DNA of 64,000 nucleotides from Epithemia pelagica. Lineage: Eukaryota; Protista; Bacillariophyta. The stretch covers positions 2,728,001-2,792,000 of the forward strand of contig OX337239.1 of NCBI GenBank assembly GCA_946965045.2. Direction: 5' to 3'. Positions within the stretch are counted from its first letter, which is position 1. Each line of letters opens with the position of its first letter. The translations under genes were made by a program, and so were the position numbers. Under the pieces are notes generated by a model. That model saw only the letters and a program-made list of their open reading frames with translations. It had not been told where the DNA came from and did no database searches. This document shows, in pieces, positions 58,410 through 64,000 of this stretch.

Positions 58410-59371
58410 CACAGGAGGATACATACTCAATCATTGACACTTACAATGGAATATGGAAAAGTAGGCAAGCCTATTCTGTGTTCTGTGACCGTCACGTGGA
58501 TGCGGGGTGCGGGGTGTGCGTTGTGTTTGTGCGTTGTGTTTGTGGGGTGTGGGGTGAGACCTGATCTGGATCAGACTAGAGGGAAAGAAGGAAGGGAAAC
58601 ACGTGCGACGGACAGAGTAGCAAATAATAGCAAACGGTTCAATCAACGGTTGGGTGAACCGATTATGGGAATTGATAAGTCATCGATTACGTGAAGCCGG
58701 CGCTGAACGTATCAACGGGAAATGCATCGGAACAGAGTAAAAGTGGCACAAAGTTACATGTATGCAAACGGACAATACATGTAACCAACTTGGTGACATG
58801 TTTTCAAATGGACAATAAATGTAACCAAATTGATTACATGTATTCCAACGAACAATACATGTATCCACTTGCAACGTGGGTTAGATGGGCACAAAAGGAT
58901 AATACATAATACATGGAGCCGTTTAATCGGAGTCCTCTTTAGTTTCGTCTTCGTCTTCATCACTTTCAGTTCAGACCATCGACTGATCACTGTCAAGCCA
59001 CACAACTTCCTTGTTCAACTCTTCATCGGAATCATCATTGGGCTCTTGGGGCTTCTTAGCTTTGTGTTTCAACCTCCTTACGCTCCTCTGAATACGGTTG
59101 AAGAGCACCTCAGCATGGATAAGCTCGATCTGAATTTGAGATATGAGTTGGCTCAACTCTTTTAAGTGACCCATGAGTCTGTCTTGACCTGACATGATCA
59201 ATACAAGTATGCGGGAAATCCACAGGAGGATACGCACTCAATTATTGACACTGACAGTACAATGGAAAATGGAAAAGTTGGCAAGCCTATTCTGTGTTCT
59301 GTGACCGTCACGTGGATGCGGGGTGCGGGGTGTGTGTTGTGTGTTGTGTTTGTGGGGTGCGGGGTGAGACA
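58410..59371. repeat. Pair of direct repeats of about 150 bp (58410-58560 and 59221-59371) flanking a TACATGTA-rich segment
   Basis: CACAGGAGGATAC...GGCAAGCCTATTCTGTGTTCTGTGACCGTCACGTGGATGCGGGGTGCGGGG...GGGGTGAGAC occurs twice. Confidence 0.9.
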
Positions 59372-61505
59372 GCATTGGTTCACCATTCTGATGCTTTTCA
59401 TTATTTTTGCTGTCATGGATCCTGAAAGCAGTTTTGTGGGTCACTTTTTGACAGATGTCGGAGACGTTGTGTCTCTCTGGGAACAGGCCCAAACGAAGAT
59501 TAGGGAGAGATTCACGGTGAAAGGGAAGTTTGACAGGGCGGAGTTCCAATCTCTTTTCATAGACACTGGAGAAGGGTACTCTGACAGAGTCCGTGATCCT
59601 ACGTTGAAGTTAGTCTACCAATGCCTGGAAACTACCTTTGCTGCCTCGTCTTTTTCAAACGTCCGTAACCTAAACAGTAAGTCCTCAGCTATTGCTATTG
59701 CTTTTTGATCTGGCGTACCTCATCTTACTTCTAAGACTATCTACAGATCAACGACTTTCCTCGTGACCGACATGTCTTCGCCAGTCCTCAAGGGAGGGAA
59801 ATAAACCCGTCGCTTTGACGGGTTCACTGCCTTGTCCTCAGAAGATCTTCCCATGGGAGGATCTTCTGCTAGAAGGACGGGACTGGTTAAGACTTTTTTC
59901 CGGTCAATGACTTCGAGTGTCAGTCGCCTCGGTCGACAATGTCTCCTCCGGTTCTCAAGGGAGGGAGATCAACCAGCATTGAAGGACGGGACTGGGGAAG
60001 ACATTGTCAGCCAGGCAGAAAAAGGAGAACTTGCAAGAGGGACAAGTCGAGGTCGATGTCGTGTCCTGCGTCCATACCTTCCAGTCCCGCAAGAATTCGT
60101 CGAAGTGCACGAGAGCAGCGAAACGCGTCTTCCAAGGATCTTCAGTGCCTCGTTCTCGTTCGAAAACAAATCGGAAGGTCAAGAAGAGAAGAAAGCACGA
60201 AGCCCTTGTCACCGTCGAAGAGTCACCGTCGAAGAGGCTCCGGAGAGTAGCAAAATGAACCCCACATTCTGGCTGAAGGAAATTGATGTCCAGAGAGAGG
60301 AGCTGGTGATGTCCTCCCCATTTTTTGCTCTCTGTCTCCATTCAAGTCGACGGATGTTGGGCATGGAGGAGCAATCTTCCATCAAGGTCCGGACTCGATC
60401 CCAGTCTTCATCAAGGCCCCGAACGAGCATGTTACAACCAAACAGGTCCAGATGAAGGTGATGAGGATTTTTGAACGATTGGAGAAGGTACGTCGTCCAA
60501 CGCAACGATGCAAATCGAGATTTGTCGGCCTTGAGTCTCATGACTCATCGTACATCACTATGGGCCAACGCGCCAATCGTGGAGGGCCTGGCGTGTTGAA
60601 CTCCAAGATGAATCTGCTGAAGTCTCGAGAGAAGCAGCTAGTAGTTCGTTTTGTCCGACAAATCAAAGAAGTCTTCCGTCGGTGGGTTGATTGGAGTGTT
60701 GTTTTCGGGTTCTCAGTCACGAGACAGGTACAAGGCTTCCCCAGTCTTTCGTGCAAAAACAAAGAGTCGACCTTCTTTTCATCCATCGCATTTGGAAGGA
60801 ATGTGTTCCTTGGAGCGTATACCGATGAAGACTTCGGATATTCGGTTGTGGTGGCCATGGCAGTGGATCTGGAGAAAGCTGGAGATTCCGTGCCTGTCAG
60901 AAGTAGTTGCAGCAGACACCACCAGGTTATCATGGCAGGTTGATGTTGAACGCTTCAAGATGGAAGATTTCCTCATGCTGGATATATGTCATAGTTTGGT
61001 GGAGCAATCAGTTATCAAAGATAATGTCTTTGCCAATAGGCTTAGTGGAATGTTTTCCCCTTGGGAAGTATATGTGACAAATTCTTTTTGGGACGCTTCT
61101 TGGGCAGCAAATGTACTCATATCCTCCCAATGTAGTTGGGGACAGTATTAAAGTTGAATAAACAGGACATGTACCCATGAGTGGTGATGTGGGTGACATC
61201 TCTGTAGATGATCTGATTTACATGAGGACTCCTCTACTAAATTTGGATGGCAATATATCAAACGAGGTGCAACTTGTTCTGTAGCTACCCCTCCAATCTC
61301 TTGTGCTCGCTGAATATAGGCAGCAAAGCCTATAGATTGACTGGTTTTGACAATGATGTCATCTTTCGTCAACCAAATCTGCTCACTTGTTCCACCTAGT
61401 TTCCATAACTTCTACATTGGAAGCACATTGAGGAAGATCCGACAAGAAGCAGCAAGATTCTTGTCTCGCAAAACCAGCTCATCTTCGTACAATACAAATG
61501 AGATT

Positions 61506-61782
61506 TGTGTCCATGGTACTTGAGAGGCCAAAGAAGAATGGGGTTTCAAATTCGTTCCCTTTTAGAAGAGTGTATCTTTGTTCAACTGCATATGATTGGA
61601 GTGGGCATTACAACACAAGTACATACATTTGTCACGTGATGGATGTGTCCATGGTACTTGAGAGGCCAAAGAAGAATGGGGTTTCAAATTTGTTCCCTTT
61701 TGGAAGAGTGTATCTATGTTCAACTGCATACGATTGGAGTGGGCGTTACAACACAAGTACATACATTTGTCACGTGATGGAT
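61506..61782. repeat. 138-bp tandem duplication
   Basis: TGTGTCCATGGTACTTGAGAGGCC starts at 61506 and 61644. Confidence 0.95.
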
Positions 61783-64000
61783 CATGGCTTGGTGTGGCTT
61801 GGACTACACAGAGCTCTATGGCATATGCATGGTTTATATCAGCCTCTCTTTTGATGTCCTTGATGCTATCAAGACTGTGCGTCTCATTCATGGACCTCCC
61901 TCTTTGACCGTTGCACACGACAAGCGCATGAAGATTGGTTACTATTTTGAGGGGACGTATGTCTTCAGCATATTCACAAACAATGTCTCTACCAAAACAC
62001 TTTTGGTACTGCAGTCACGGTCTTATTCCTTGAGTTGATGCTGGCTTCCAATGGCTGTACGCTTAGTTCCCAATTTCTTGGAAAACTTGTTGGTGAATTC
62101 TCTGCTCATCACAGTTTTGGCCTTATCGTCGATGGAATCAGTTGAAAACTTCTGCTTATGGTGATTGTGAGGTTGGATGTTCTTGGTGATTTGCTGTTGG
62201 TGGCTGTAGTGTTGGTTTGTTTTTATCGTCGCCAGTGATGCGGTGTTTGGGAGAAAGGGGCAACATCATCAGTCGGGAGCCGGGTGGTTGGTGTGGCGGT
62301 AGCAGTGGTTGGGCTTGATGGTGTGCGGAGGGTGGTACATGTCGGACACGACGTGTTGTTTTGGGTTCTGGCGGGCACTTTTGACGGTGCGTTGTGTTCC
62401 CTGGGTGACAGTGTGTTGTTCGAAGTGTCACGTTGGCACGGCCATATTCCAATACGCAGCAGGAAAGGGCTTTTTCCATGGCAACTTGGTTTGATGGGAA
62501 CCTGGTTCAAAAGCAGAAACCAGAAACTCTGGAGAAAAGGCTCATGACATCCCTACATGACATCCCTGGGTCACCGAGTCCTTCTTCGCGATTCCACCGT
62601 CGACACCTCAATCCCACCACCAACGTCCTGATCCTGACGCCTCCCATTCCTCCTCCCATGACCCTCTGAGTGTGTAAAGTTCTTACACCAGGGAGGTTAT
62701 TTTGAATGGTGGCAACTAGTTGGTATACTGTTCTGATGGCAGCCTTGTGGATACCTTTGAAGCTGCCGAAGAGGTGCTCCTCTATTACGCTGATATTTCC
62801 CAAGGTGGTACTTTTTGCCGGGCCGCAGTCCTCCTAGTACCCCTTTGGCGACTCCAGCCGAAATCATCACCCGTCCTACACTTCCTGGACCACGCACTCC
62901 TCCATCTCCGCTGGGCCAGTTACACCCCGTCGTACACTTCATCTAAGGAGGGAATGATACGCCGGTTTACAGCGGTTAATTATCGAGAAAAAAGCGCCCC
63001 TAAGCACAACCTACTGGGATCATCCTCGCGTCCTACTGAGAACACGCATGCACCTATGAGGACACACGCAAGCCCCTTCATGACATTTTTACCCAAAAAA
63101 GTGCTTTCCAAAACCAGCAAGCGCATGAACCACATCTCACCAACTCAAACACCATTCACAGTCCAGAAGCAACAGTCAGCACATCCCTCCAACTTCATGT
63201 GCAGTCATGAAGCAACAGCCCCTCCAATGTATGCACTTATCCTTAATTGTGTCACATCACCGTCATGCGCATGTTTCCAGCCTCAAGCACAAGCTTCCAT
63301 GTGAATTCAGTGCATTTGACTAACACCATGCACACACCCCCAGCAACAACCAGTGAATGAATGGTACATAATACATGAAGCTATATAGGAGTATATGAAA
63401 TGAAATCAATTGTCACTCTGATCTATCACCACCATCGTATTTGAGGCTTTTTTGAAGGCCTTGCCACAGCATCATCATCTTCATACCCCATACAAGAGTG
63501 ACATTGCCGACAGAGAAACTGCATGAACCTGTTACTGCAGTTGCCTGCTCTGTCTTCACCAGCAATTTTCCCTTCCATGTCTTCCAAATAGTCCATACCA
63601 TCCTCATTCATACATCGACTTGAGTTCCAAGTACCCAAATATTTGAAGCAAGGATGTAGGCATTCAAATGACAAGGGCTCACTGCCTTGTGCTGCATAAA
63701 TCTTCTATCCATATGAATTCATTGCATGCTACAAGGAAGAAAACTGCAACAAAATTGAAAGCACAGCTACAAAACCAATGATTGCGCCATCACCAACATT
63801 GTACATATGATCAAATCAACCAAGCCTTCTTATCAATGAACACATTCTGGAAAGGTTATCCTGGATGGATGCTCAAAGGCACAAACTAAAACCCAACTAC
63901 AGCATCAAATAAAAATTGAAGAAGCATCAAATAAAAATCAAAGAAGCAGTTGAAATTGAAGAAAGTTAATCATGCTTCAAGTGAATACAAACTCTCTGTG

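Noticed and set aside
63413-63800. PIF/Harbinger ORF1 (NAM-associated-like) remnant
   Set aside because: Only a weak F..L.......W pattern in stop-riddled frames, which is too little to call.
1-64000. tRNA or rRNA genes and prokaryotic operon structure
   Set aside because: No cloverleaf or rRNA-conserved segments were recognised. The co-oriented ORFs lack ribosome-binding sites, and all recognisable elements are eukaryotic.

Overview
This is eukaryotic, transposon-dense DNA, most likely from a diatom, judged from CoDi-type Ty1/copia elements and pogo, piggyBac and Penelope-like relics resembling diatom families. I found no rRNA, tRNA or CRISPR locus. All assignments come from reading motifs by eye, with no database search. 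Bases 1 to about 21.8 kb look like the right-hand part of a decaying giant DNA transposon. It starts with the C-terminus of a Plavaka-like (CMC) transposase and Cys-rich genes on the + strand. These converge on a minus-strand block encoding a half SET domain, a gag-like/Ulp1-like/RING/RING reading frame, a WG/GW-repeat protein and a TET/JBP-like dioxygenase with an acidic repeat tail. Together these resemble an anti-silencing toolkit, which is inference. A CoDi copia element with both LTRs (4456-10436) sits inside this block and lacks its protease. It shares with a second CoDi (53630-57802) a primer-binding site that fits the anticodon arm of a tRNA-Ile(GAU) half-molecule. The rest of the window is a TE graveyard: an IS630/Tc1-mariner-type transposase relic, two Penelope-like endonuclease relics, further copia fragments, a piggyBac relic, a TIR-bounded pogo element with a HIRAN-like second ORF, nested MITE-like elements, a LINE 3' fragment and tandem arrays. 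It also holds one probable host gene (49264-50469).
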